A stretch of DNA of 64,000 bases, taken from Candidatus Bathyarchaeia archaeon (GTDB lineage: Archaea > Thermoproteota > Bathyarchaeia > Bathyarchaeales > Bathycorpusculaceae). The stretch spans positions 96,001 to 160,000 of the forward strand of contig JAVZNE010000002.1 in NCBI GenBank assembly GCA_038882975.1, read 5' to 3'. How positions within the stretch are numbered: the stretch's first letter is position 1; the number at the start of each line of letters is the position of its first letter. The position numbers were made by a program, and so were the translations under genes. Under the pieces are notes generated by a model. That model worked only from the letters and a program-made list of their open reading frames with translations, had not been told where the DNA came from and made no database searches. This document shows, in pieces, positions 9,453-18,475 of the stretch.

Positions 9453-10595
9453 ATGCCAAAAACATCAATTCTGGACAACCCAGACAAGATTAGAAGGGTA
9501 GATAAAAGCGGCATGCTTTCATTTTATGTTGACGCTGCAAAACATTATGAAAAAGCTGTCCAAATGGCCGAAAAAGTTGTGGTTAATTATCTAAAACCAA
9601 CATCGATAATTGTGGCCGGCATGGGCGGCTCAGCAATAGGCGGGGAACTCCTAAAAGACTGGGCGAGTGACGTGCTAAAAATTCCAGTGGAGGTTTGCAG
9701 GGAGTACATGCTGCCAGCCTATGCTAACAAGCACACATTGGCGTTCATTGTAAGCTACTCTGGAGAAACCGAAGAAACCCTAAGCGCCTTTCTTGAAGCA
9801 GTTAAGCAGAATTGCATGATAATCTGCATAAGCTCCGGGGGCGCCCTCTTAGATTTTGCGGAAAAATTAAAAATTCCAAGCGTTCGCATCCCAAAGGGAA
9901 TTCCGCCCAGGGCAGCCCTTCCATATCTTTTCACTCCGAAACTAATAATCTTGGAAAAACTTGGCTTAGTGGCGGAAGTTGGAGCTGAAATCTCTGAAGC
10001 CATTACGGTGTTAAGGCAAGTCTGCAGCGAAAATGCGCCGGAAACACCGTTCGAAGAAAACTTTTCCAAAAAACTCGCCGCTGACATTTGCGGAACATTT
10101 CCTGTTGTCTATGGCTTTGGATTCTACCGCTCAGTGGCGCAACGTTTCAAACAGCAATTCAACGAGAACAGCAAGATTCCAGCAAAATGGGATTTTTTCC
10201 CAGAGCTAAACCACAACGAGATTGTGGGTTGGGACGAAGCTGAGAAACTAGCAAGCTATTTCTCGGCGATAATTATGCGAGATAGAAGTGAGCCAGAGCC
10301 CATCAGATGCAGAATAGAGGCGACAAAGGAATTGCTAAGCAGCAAGACGAAGGGAATCTACGAGGTCTGGAGCCGAGGCGGGGGAAAGTTGGCTAGGATG
10401 TTGTCCGCAACTATCATTGGAGATTTTACAAGTGTTTATCTTGCAATCTTACGGGGCGTTGACCCGACACCAGTAAAGACAATTACCATGTTAAAGGATA
10501 AAATTGCTAAAACTGGTCTAAAAGAAAGAACAATTAGCGAACTGCAAAGCCTTGTTAAGAAAAGGGTTTATAGAACTAAAGCCTTTGAGCGATAA
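9453..10595 (+). CDS. Bifunctional phosphoglucose/phosphomannose isomerase
   Basis: GMGGSAIGG, SYSGETEET, QFNENSK, PELNHNEI; ATG at 9453. Confidence 0.92.
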   Translation: MPKTSILDNPDKIRRVDKSGMLSFYVDAAKHYEKAVQMAEKVVVNYLKPTSIIVAGMGGSAIGGELLKDWASDVLKIPVEVCREYMLPAYANKHTLAFIVSYSGETEETLSAFLEAVKQNCMIICISSGGALLDFAEKLKIPSVRIPKGIPPRAALPYLFTPKLIILEKLGLVAEVGAEISEAITVLRQVCSENAPETPFEENFSKKLAADICGTFPVVYGFGFYRSVAQRFKQQFNENSKIPAKWDFFPELNHNEIVGWDEAEKLASYFSAIIMRDRSEPEPIRCRIEATKELLSSKTKGIYEVWSRGGGKLARMLSATIIGDFTSVYLAILRGVDPTPVKTITMLKDKIAKTGLKERTISELQSLVKKRVYRTKAFER

Positions 10596-11673
10596 ATTCT
10601 TCAAACATTCTTTCAGCTATTTCCAAAGACAGCAGTTGTGGGGGGCGTTTAAAGGCGTACACGCATATTGGGAGAATTGCCCCTTTCAATTTTCTGTTTA
10701 ATGCAATTTTAACAGCCCTTATAACGTCCAGCAACACTGAGCCCGCATTTGGCGCATCCACCGTTGAGAGGCGCATGTCTATCTGCATGGGCGTCCCGCA
10801 GAAGTATAGCCCCCTAATCCAGAAATAACTGTCGCGTCTGTTCTGCAAGAAATCCACATAATCCGTTGAACCCGCAATAACCTCCGCTTCGTATGGAAGT
10901 GCCGCCTTAACGGTTTCAGTTTTAACGGACCTTTTCAGCTCACGTGTCCTATCCAACGTGTCAAGCGACTCGGTACCTCCGCCAACGTCAAGCTGGTAAG
11001 TCTCAGTTATGCGCACACCATGCCTTGTAAGAAGCCTGAGCAACGTTTTGTGCAGTGTTGTGGCGCCTATCTGATCTACGAGGTCATCACCAACAAGAGG
11101 TAATCCTGCCTCTTCAAAGCGTCTAGCCCAAGCAGAGTCGCTTGCTATAAAGGTAGGTGTAGTGTTTATAAAGGCGCATCCCGCCTCCAAGGATTGGCTG
11201 GCATACCATTCAGAGGCTTTTACAGCACCGCTTGGGAGTAGGTTAAGTACAATTTCCGCCCCGCTTTCTTTTAGCACATTGGCAACCTTAACTTCATTTG
11301 AATCGTTTACTTGGATAACTTCTTTTGTATATTCGCCCACGCCATCTAAAACTGGCCCTTTCTGGACAATTACATCACATAGTGGCACATCCACAAGTTT
11401 TGGGACATTGTTCGGCGGGGCAAATATGGCTTCTGAAAGGTCTCGCCCAACTTTCCTGCTGTCAATGTCAAAGGCTGCAACTACTTGGATGTCTTTTGGG
11501 TGTAAGCCTCCCAAGAAGAGGTTGCGTAAACCCACACACTCATCACTGCTATTGAAGTTCTTATAGTACTGCAAGCCCTGTACAAGGGCAGATGCACAAT
11601 TTCCGACGCCGACAATGGCAACTTTTATTTTTGGCAAGCCTAAGCCACCACTTTTGTTCCTTTCATATTGCAT
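10576..11673 (-). CDS. ino1: Myo-inositol-1-phosphate synthase
   Basis: VAIVGVGNCASALVQG, GDD-x-DQIGAT, DAPNAG, FKRPP; true start probably about 11637. Confidence 0.88.
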   Translation of the reverse strand: MQYERNKSGGLGLPKIKVAIVGVGNCASALVQGLQYYKNFNSSDECVGLRNLFLGGLHPKDIQVVAAFDIDSRKVGRDLSEAIFAPPNNVPKLVDVPLCDVIVQKGPVLDGVGEYTKEVIQVNDSNEVKVANVLKESGAEIVLNLLPSGAVKASEWYASQSLEAGCAFINTTPTFIASDSAWARRFEEAGLPLVGDDLVDQIGATTLHKTLLRLLTRHGVRITETYQLDVGGGTESLDTLDRTRELKRSVKTETVKAALPYEAEVIAGSTDYVDFLQNRRDSYFWIRGLYFCGTPMQIDMRLSTVDAPNAGSVLLDVIRAVKIALNRKLKGAILPICVYAFKRPPQLLSLEIAERMFEEFIAQRL

Positions 11674-11723
11674 ACGGATTTATAAAGCTCTATGCCAATC
11701 CATTAGCGTTAAGCGTGGTAAAA

Positions 11724-11963
11724 ATGAAAACATGGTTAGATGTTTCAGTTCTGCGCTGTCCAAACTGCGGACGCCACTATGTTGAAGCGTCATGGTATGT
11801 TGTTGAGATGGAGGCGGACATTGAATGCGGAGAGTGCGGGAAAGAATTTAACAGCAAAAAGAACGCATTGGACAGAGTTCTCCTAGGATTTGAAATAGGT
11901 GAAGATGGCAAACTCCAAAAAGTTGAAGTTGCTAAACACTTTAAAATAGAGAAAAACGAATAA
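11724..11963 (+). CDS. Small zinc-ribbon protein (CPNC...CGEC)
   Basis: ATG at 11724; two CxxC pairs; divergent from ino1. Confidence 0.7.
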   Translation: MKTWLDVSVLRCPNCGRHYVEASWYVVEMEADIECGECGKEFNSKKNALDRVLLGFEIGEDGKLQKVEVAKHFKIEKNE

Positions 11964-12034
11964 ATTGGTTCGCATCGTCACACAAGCATCATCATTTGGG
12001 AAGCCTTAAAGATTTCGAAGCCTCAACATAGAAG

Positions 12035-13804
12035 GTGGTTAAGAACTTGAAAAACCAAGCGCCGGACAAGTTCACAATAATCAACGAGTTAGCCCGCCGA
12101 AGAGGTTTCTTTTGGCAATCTTACGAAATATACGGGGGCGTAAGCGGTTTTGTGACCTATGGCTTTTTGGGTTCAAAGCTAAAACAAAACATTGAAAATA
12201 AGCTTAGGGAAATCTTCGTCAACAAACTTGGAATAATGGAGATAGAAGCCCCAATCATCGCGCCAAGCAAAGTTTTCGAGGCGTCAGGCCACGTTGACCA
12301 TTTCAAAGAGCCCATGGTTGAATGCCTAAAATGCAAAAGGCGGTTTCGAGCAGACCACTTGCTTGAAGAAACAGCGGGGCTGAGAGCCTCAGACGTCGAA
12401 AAATTAAGCCTAGAAGAGCTGAAAGAAGCTATTGAAAAACATGACGCACGATGCCCAGAATGCGGAGGCACCTTCAGCGAACCAAAGCATTTCCTAACAA
12501 TGTTTAAGACCACTATAGGCCCGTACTCAGAAGCTGTTGGATATGGCCGCCCAGAGGCTGCCCAAAGCATTTTCGTAGAGTTTAGACGCTTATACGAGAT
12601 GGCACGGGAGAAACTGCCCTTCGGTGTGATGCAAATCGGCCATGCATTGCGAAACGAGATTTCGCCGAGGCAAGGTTTGATAAGGCTCAGGGAATTCACT
12701 ATTATTGATATAGAGTTTTTCTTTGACCCAGAAGATCCAGGCTGTTTCTTGTTGGAAGAGGTGGGAGACGAGACTTTAAGGCTTGTTTTAGCCGAAAGCA
12801 AGCTTCGCGGTTCAGAAGAAATAGTGGAGGTCACGGTTAAAGAGGCTCTTGATAGAGGCTACATTAAAGTTTCTTGGCAAGCGGCTTTCATGGCGCTAGC
12901 CAAAAGATTGCTAATGGAATTGGGTGTGCCAGCTGAAAATCAAAGGTTTATCGAGAAATTGCCATGGGAGCGGGCACACTATTCCCTTCAAAGCTTCGAC
13001 CAAGAAGTTTACGTTGACCGCTGGGGATGGATTGAAGTTTCTGGACATGCCTACAGAACGGATTACGATTTAAAACAACACATGCAATTTAGCGGGACAG
13101 ACACAAGGGTGTTTAAAGAGTACGAAAAGCCTATAGTGAAAGAGAAAAAAGTTGTTAAGCCTTTGATGGCGAAGCTTGGACCAACTTTTAAGGGAGAGGC
13201 ACAAAAAATTTCTGAGATGCTATCTGAAGTTAACCCTGAAGAAATTGAAAGCGCATTTGAGGCGAAAGGCTACTTCATGCTTGGGGAATACAAAATTTTG
13301 CCTGAACATGTGGAGATTATAACGTGTAAAGTGAAGGAAAGGGGTAGACGTTTCATACCTCATGTTGTAGAGCCTAGTTTCGGCTCTGATAGGCTTGTTT
13401 ACGTGGCTCTTGAGTATGCATACCACGTGAAAGACGACAGAGTAGTGCTTAGTTTTCCAAGGGATATAGCGCCAATACAGGTTGGAGTTTACCCACTCGT
13501 AAGCAAGGATGGCTTGCCAGAGAAGGCTTTGCAAGTTTACAAAATGCTGGTCAATGAAGGCTTCACAGCAGAATATGATGAGGCGGGCTCCATTGGGAGA
13601 CGCTACGCCAGAGCGGATGAGGCGGGCATACCGTTGGGGATAACGATTGATTATGATACTTTGAAGGACGACACTGTCACCATTCGAGACCGAGACACTT
13701 GGAGGCAGGTTAGAAACCGCATAGATGCCTTACCAGAACTTTTGCACAAATATTTCCACAAAAAAATCGAGTTCGAAGATTTAGGCACCCTTGTCAAGGA
13801 ATAG
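12035..13804 (+). CDS. glyS: Glycine--tRNA ligase (alpha2 type)
   Basis: RPEAAQSIF, RNEISPRQGLIRLREF, VVEPSFG, SIGRRYARADE. Confidence 0.97.
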   Translation: MVKNLKNQAPDKFTIINELARRRGFFWQSYEIYGGVSGFVTYGFLGSKLKQNIENKLREIFVNKLGIMEIEAPIIAPSKVFEASGHVDHFKEPMVECLKCKRRFRADHLLEETAGLRASDVEKLSLEELKEAIEKHDARCPECGGTFSEPKHFLTMFKTTIGPYSEAVGYGRPEAAQSIFVEFRRLYEMAREKLPFGVMQIGHALRNEISPRQGLIRLREFTIIDIEFFFDPEDPGCFLLEEVGDETLRLVLAESKLRGSEEIVEVTVKEALDRGYIKVSWQAAFMALAKRLLMELGVPAENQRFIEKLPWERAHYSLQSFDQEVYVDRWGWIEVSGHAYRTDYDLKQHMQFSGTDTRVFKEYEKPIVKEKKVVKPLMAKLGPTFKGEAQKISEMLSEVNPEEIESAFEAKGYFMLGEYKILPEHVEIITCKVKERGRRFIPHVVEPSFGSDRLVYVALEYAYHVKDDRVVLSFPRDIAPIQVGVYPLVSKDGLPEKALQVYKMLVNEGFTAEYDEAGSIGRRYARADEAGIPLGITIDYDTLKDDTVTIRDRDTWRQVRNRIDALPELLHKYFHKKIEFEDLGTLVKE

Positions 13805-13880
13805 TTTTCGTTACCTTTTTTAATACTTCCACAATATTATTGTTGACGGCTATTAATACAGTTTTGCGGCGGGAAGAAGC

Positions 13881-14540
13881 TTGGTGCTTCCGGCAGAAAC
13901 AGAGGAACGCGTTAAACGCAGAGCATTAAGCGTGTGCCAAGAGCACCTAAGAAAAGTATTAGATTTAACGCGGAAAGTTCCTCAAATGATTGAATGCTTC
14001 ATAAAAAACGATAAGGCGCGCGCAAAGCAAATTTACAATGAAATAAGAATGGGCGAGGAAGACGTTGACAACGCTAGGCGCCTGGTTTCCCGCGAGTTGG
14101 CAGAGATAGGCGCCATCCTATTAAGCCGCGAAGACTTCTTAAGATTCACAAATTTGGCTGGGGAGATTGCTGACTTCTCCGAAGGAATAGCCTTCCGCAT
14201 CCTCGAGATAATGGAGCACAACTGGAACGTACCAACAGAGATTAAAAGGGACCTCTTGAAGCTTTCAGAAGCCTCGCTGGAAACTGTACTTAAACTGAGG
14301 GAAACGATGATGGTTTTGGCTTATGGTTCAGAGAAGGCTATGGAAAAAGCCAGCGAGGTTGAGTCGGCGGAACGAGTCGTTGACGAGCTTTATCGAACCC
14401 TTGAAATAAAACTTCTAAATAGCAAATTGGAAATTCCTGCACTAATACTTTTGAGGGATATTCTACAACTTTTGGAGGATTCCGCTGACAAAGCAGAGGA
14501 TGCTGCAGACGCCGCAAGGGTCTTATCCTTCATAATGTAA
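13881..14540 (+). CDS. DUF47/PhoU-like helical-bundle protein
   Basis: Duplicated E-x-x-x-D and D-x-x-ED metal motifs (EEDVD, ERVVD, DSADKAED). Confidence 0.8.
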   Translation: MVLPAETEERVKRRALSVCQEHLRKVLDLTRKVPQMIECFIKNDKARAKQIYNEIRMGEEDVDNARRLVSRELAEIGAILLSREDFLRFTNLAGEIADFSEGIAFRILEIMEHNWNVPTEIKRDLLKLSEASLETVLKLRETMMVLAYGSEKAMEKASEVESAERVVDELYRTLEIKLLNSKLEIPALILLRDILQLLEDSADKAEDAADAARVLSFIM

Positions 14541-14561
14541 ATGCAAAGCGAAGGACAACAC

Positions 14562-15119
14562 ATGCCAAGAAAAATACCAGTAGAATTCATCGAAAACTTT
14601 CTGGTGGTTTGGAACCCAAGTGACGGGTCTGAACTTTACAAAATAGGGTTTTATGGCAAGCCGCTTGGCATACCGAAACCAAAAATTCCAGAGTTTAATG
14701 TCCCATTAATTCTAGATTTAATGGAGGGTTTATACCTCGCTGAAAAAGGTGTAATAACGGTTTACGAGGGCGCGGAAAAAACCCGTGTAAGCCTTAAGAA
14801 ACTGCGGCAGAAAGCTCGAACATTATATGAAGAGTTTGACGAGAAATACGCGGTTTACCGCGACTTGCGGGACAGCGGGCTAGTTGTCACGCCGGGGATA
14901 AAGTTTGGATGCGACTTCGCAGTTTACAAGCATGGACCAGGATTGGAACACGCGCCATACATGGTTTCAGTTAAGAAGGCTTCATCCGAGTTAACAGCCA
15001 CAGAAATAGTTAAGGCGGGAAGATTAGCGACAACTGTGCGCAAAAGGTTCATAATAGCAGTGCCAGACATGGAAAAGGGGAAAATAAGGTACCTAATCTT
15101 CAAATGGTTTAAGGCATAG
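14562..15119 (+). CDS. endA: tRNA-splicing endonuclease, catalytic subunit
   Basis: VYRDLR, GIKFGCDFAVY, EHAPY, GRLATTVRK (Tyr/His/Lys triad present). Confidence 0.93.
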   Translation: MPRKIPVEFIENFLVVWNPSDGSELYKIGFYGKPLGIPKPKIPEFNVPLILDLMEGLYLAEKGVITVYEGAEKTRVSLKKLRQKARTLYEEFDEKYAVYRDLRDSGLVVTPGIKFGCDFAVYKHGPGLEHAPYMVSVKKASSELTATEIVKAGRLATTVRKRFIIAVPDMEKGKIRYLIFKWFKA

Positions 15120-15123
15120 CCTC

Positions 15124-15606
15124 CTACGCTTTACCAGCGCTTTTCAGAATTATTTGAAGAATTTCTTCTTCTAGGGTTAGTCCTTCCCTCGGATTCTCAA
15201 CTATTTTTCCCAATTCTACGCCTTTCTTGTTAAAAACAAGGATTAAGGGGATTTTGTCCACATGAAATTTCTCAACTTCCGATGGCGATGGTGGAATGCT
15301 CCACTTTCGGCTAGGATTTAACGGATCTCTCTTCAACCCTCCGAAAATTCTCACCTCTAATCCTGTGGCTTCTGAAATTAATGCCAATACCGGGATGTTT
15401 GCGGCGCAATCTTTGCACCATTCAGCGGAAAAAGCAACCACCACAACGTTGTCTACGATATGCTTTAATTTACCAATCACCTCCCAGTTTAACTTGTATG
15501 TTTCCTTCCGCTCAAGAAACTTTGCACGATAGGGTTCGCTAATGCTTGCGATATACCGGTTTACGGGCATCGTTCTTAGTTTGATTTCTTCCAAATCAAT
15601 TTTCAT
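15124..15606 (-). CDS. Thioredoxin-family protein
   Basis: WCKDC active site and cis-Pro (KIPL), GKIVENP. Confidence 0.85.
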   Translation of the reverse strand: MKIDLEEIKLRTMPVNRYIASISEPYRAKFLERKETYKLNWEVIGKLKHIVDNVVVVAFSAEWCKDCAANIPVLALISEATGLEVRIFGGLKRDPLNPSRKWSIPPSPSEVEKFHVDKIPLILVFNKKGVELGKIVENPREGLTLEEEILQIILKSAGKA

Positions 15607-15608
15607 TG

Positions 15609-16889
15609 TTAGCCCGGCGCTATTGTCTGGTTTGCAAATTCACCTTTAACGTACTGGTGGGGATAAATCTTTGTCGCTTTGAGAATACACCCCTCTGCTA
15701 TTGTGACGTCGTCGGCTATCACTGATGTTTCGCTTATCTTTGTTGGCTTCCTTGCATTGGAGTGTATTGTCACATGTCTCCCTACGATGCAGTCTTTTAT
15801 TTCGGATTTTGCTTCTATTATGACTCTATCCATTATAGCCGAGTTTTCTATGGTTACACCGTTCTCTATTTTAGTGTAGTTGTCGATGCACGAGTTTGCA
15901 ATGCGAACCCCGTCGCCTATCTCACAGTGTCTTCCGATCAAAACTGAACCTTCAACTTCGATTCTACCTTCTTTAATTTTCCTTATGATTTCCTTCCTAC
16001 GCCTTATGGATTCCGGGCTTTCACCTTGAACCCAAACCCTTGCCTTTTCGTCTATTCTCCCGCCAAAATCCGTAAGCGAAGAGAAGCGTCCTTCAAGCAT
16101 GTCCCTCATGGCTTCCAAATAGCGTTTTGGAGTGCCAACATCATACCAGCTTCCTTTCAGAACATAACCATAAACCGGTCTGCCAGTTTCAATCACGTAT
16201 GGAATAAAATCGTAACCGAAGTCCAAGCGTTTCCGCTCCTTCATCAGCTTTTTAACACCCTTTTCTTTGAAGATCTTTCTTATTTCAGGGGAAACCATGT
16301 ACAAGCCAGTGTTAGCCAAATTTGACGGTGCCTCCTTAGGCGTTGGCTTTTCCACAAACTTGCGAATTCTCATGCCTTTGTCTATGTCGGCTATTCCATA
16401 ACCCTCGACGTTCTCAACTTCGCGAAGTGCTATTGTTATGACGGCTTCTTTTTCACGGTGAAATTCGATGAGCTCCTTTAAATTGACGTCAAATATGTTA
16501 TCTCCTTGCACTGCAAACACGGGGTCCCTAACGTTATAGTATTCTATGTTTATTCTTGCCGAGTCGGCGCTTCCTAAATCGTCTATGTTTGGTTGGTATT
16601 TGATGTGTACACGGGGCGTTATACCATAACGGGCTGAAAATCCATAACCAGACTCAAAGTAGTCATGTAAATCCCTATAATTCGTGTAGCCTTTAACACC
16701 GAAAATGAAGTTTCTTATCCCTTGACGGGCAAGAGACAATAGCGAAAACTCTATTAAGGGTCTGTTTAGTAGGCGGATGCACGCCTTGCTAGTCTCAGCT
16801 GTTAGGGGCAGGAGTCTAGTGGCTTTGCCTCCCACCGGGATTATTACCCTTAGTCTTTCTGGTTCATAGTTGTGGCGCAAAAGCCTCAC
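15609..16889 (-). CDS. Sugar-phosphate nucleotidyltransferase with C-terminal left-handed beta-helix
   Basis: VGGKATRLLPLT, FVEKP, WYDVGT, hexapeptide repeats. Confidence 0.88.
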   Translation of the reverse strand: MRLLRHNYEPERLRVIIPVGGKATRLLPLTAETSKACIRLLNRPLIEFSLLSLARQGIRNFIFGVKGYTNYRDLHDYFESGYGFSARYGITPRVHIKYQPNIDDLGSADSARINIEYYNVRDPVFAVQGDNIFDVNLKELIEFHREKEAVITIALREVENVEGYGIADIDKGMRIRKFVEKPTPKEAPSNLANTGLYMVSPEIRKIFKEKGVKKLMKERKRLDFGYDFIPYVIETGRPVYGYVLKGSWYDVGTPKRYLEAMRDMLEGRFSSLTDFGGRIDEKARVWVQGESPESIRRRKEIIRKIKEGRIEVEGSVLIGRHCEIGDGVRIANSCIDNYTKIENGVTIENSAIMDRVIIEAKSEIKDCIVGRHVTIHSNARKPTKISETSVIADDVTIAEGCILKATKIYPHQYVKGEFANQTIAPG

Positions 16890-16986
16890 CAGCTTTTACA
16901 ATGCATATTATGGTTAAGCGTATTAAACTTTCTAAAGGAAACGTGAATTTTATAACCAAAGCCCAATTTATCTTAATACAAAAGGT

Positions 16987-17862
16987 TTGGGCTTCATGAA
17001 AAAAATCGTTGGCTTTGTTCGTCTAATGCGACCCCTAAACTGTTCGATGATGGGCTTCGCAGTTATAGTTGGAGCTACCATCGCAAATTCAAAGGCTTTG
17101 GCAGATTCGTGGAGCAACCTAATTTATGGGTTCTTTACCGGTTTTCTACTGACGGCGGCCGCCATGGCCGTAAACGACTACTATGATAGGGAGATAGACG
17201 CCATAAACGAGCCTTCCAGACCCATTCCAAGCGGCGCGGTTAAACCGAAAGAAGCGCTGGTCTTCTCCTTCACACTTACAGCGTTAGGTTTGGCTGTAGC
17301 TGCCCTTACATGTATCAACACAATGTCCATTCACTGTTTTTTAACAGCCCTAATTTTTTGGCTCATTTCAGTGGCGTATGCCACAGCTGGAAAGCGGACA
17401 GGGCTTTTGGGAAACTTTTTAGTTAGCTCTTGTGTTTCAGCTCCTTTCATTTACGGAAGCTTGACGGTGACCAGTAATGTTGAACTGAGCATTTTGATTT
17501 TTGTCTCTATGGTTTTCCTATCAAACACCGGGAGGGAGATAACTAAGGGAATAGTTGACATTGAAGGCGACAGAAAACGCAACGTTAAGACTTTAGCCGT
17601 ACGTTATGGACCACGAAAAGCTGCAATCACAGCGGCAATTTTTTATCTAACTGCAGTGGCGCTAACCCCTATGCCGCCGATATTAAATCTTGTTACTTTT
17701 TGGTTTATCCCATTGGTGGCTATAACGGATGCGGGGCTTGCAGCATCCTCAATAATGCTTTTAATGAACTATTCGAGGGAAAATGCACGAAAGGTAAAAA
17801 ATCACGTTTTGATATGGTTCCTTGCGGGACTGGGAGCCTTTGTAGCTGGAAGCTTACGTTAG
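16987..17862 (+). CDS. Digeranylgeranylglyceryl-phosphate synthase (UbiA family)
   Basis: NDYYDREIDAINEPSRPIPSG and REITKGIVDIEGD motifs. Confidence 0.88.
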   Translation: MGFMKKIVGFVRLMRPLNCSMMGFAVIVGATIANSKALADSWSNLIYGFFTGFLLTAAAMAVNDYYDREIDAINEPSRPIPSGAVKPKEALVFSFTLTALGLAVAALTCINTMSIHCFLTALIFWLISVAYATAGKRTGLLGNFLVSSCVSAPFIYGSLTVTSNVELSILIFVSMVFLSNTGREITKGIVDIEGDRKRNVKTLAVRYGPRKAAITAAIFYLTAVALTPMPPILNLVTFWFIPLVAITDAGLAASSIMLLMNYSRENARKVKNHVLIWFLAGLGAFVAGSLR

Positions 17863-17957
17863 GTGCTGGCATTGTGTTTTGACCTCGTCCTAAAAGTTGG
17901 AATTAATAAGCAGTTAATAACGTTATTAGATTGACAAAACCCGTGAAGTGCCCTTAA

Positions 17958-18404
17958 TTGAACGGTGAAGATGAAGATAAACTTGAATATGCCCTTCGAG
18001 GAAAAGCCTGGAAGGTTTACTGGCTTCTATTAAAGAACGGCCGGCCTATGAGTGTACGGGAAGTGCAGAAGGCTTTGCATTTCAGCAGTCCCAGCGTGGC
18101 GCAACACCATCTTGAACAGCTTCGTGAAATGGGCCTAGTTCAGAAACAGGATGTAGGTGGTCACTATTATCTTGTCAGTGAAGTTAAGATTGGTGTGCTC
18201 CGCCACTTTGTTAAATTGGGTAGGCTTCTCTTTCCAAGATATTTGTTTTATGCAGTTTTCTCCACAACCTTCTTTGCGACTTACCTTGTACTTACAATGC
18301 CCAATTTCACAAGGGAAAGCTTATTCCTAATAGTTTTCGGAGCCATTGTCGCGACAATATTCTGGTATGAAACTATCCGGGTATGGTCTTTGAAGCCATT
18401 CTAA
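17958..18404 (+). CDS. Winged-helix regulator with two C-terminal TM helices
   Basis: SVREVQKALHFSSPSVAQHHLEQL HTH followed by two hydrophobic segments. Confidence 0.75.
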   Translation: MNGEDEDKLEYALRGKAWKVYWLLLKNGRPMSVREVQKALHFSSPSVAQHHLEQLREMGLVQKQDVGGHYYLVSEVKIGVLRHFVKLGRLLFPRYLFYAVFSTTFFATYLVLTMPNFTRESLFLIVFGAIVATIFWYETIRVWSLKPF

Positions 18405-18475
18405 TCGTTAGACGAGGTGTACTAAAAATTAGGATAAAATAAAAGGATAAGGACTATCTTAAGCGGTGAAATGAG

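Noticed and set aside
11965-12000. Possible box C/D RNA (minus strand ATGATGA...GTGACGA)
   Set aside because: No CTGA D/D' boxes at proper spacing and no terminal stem.
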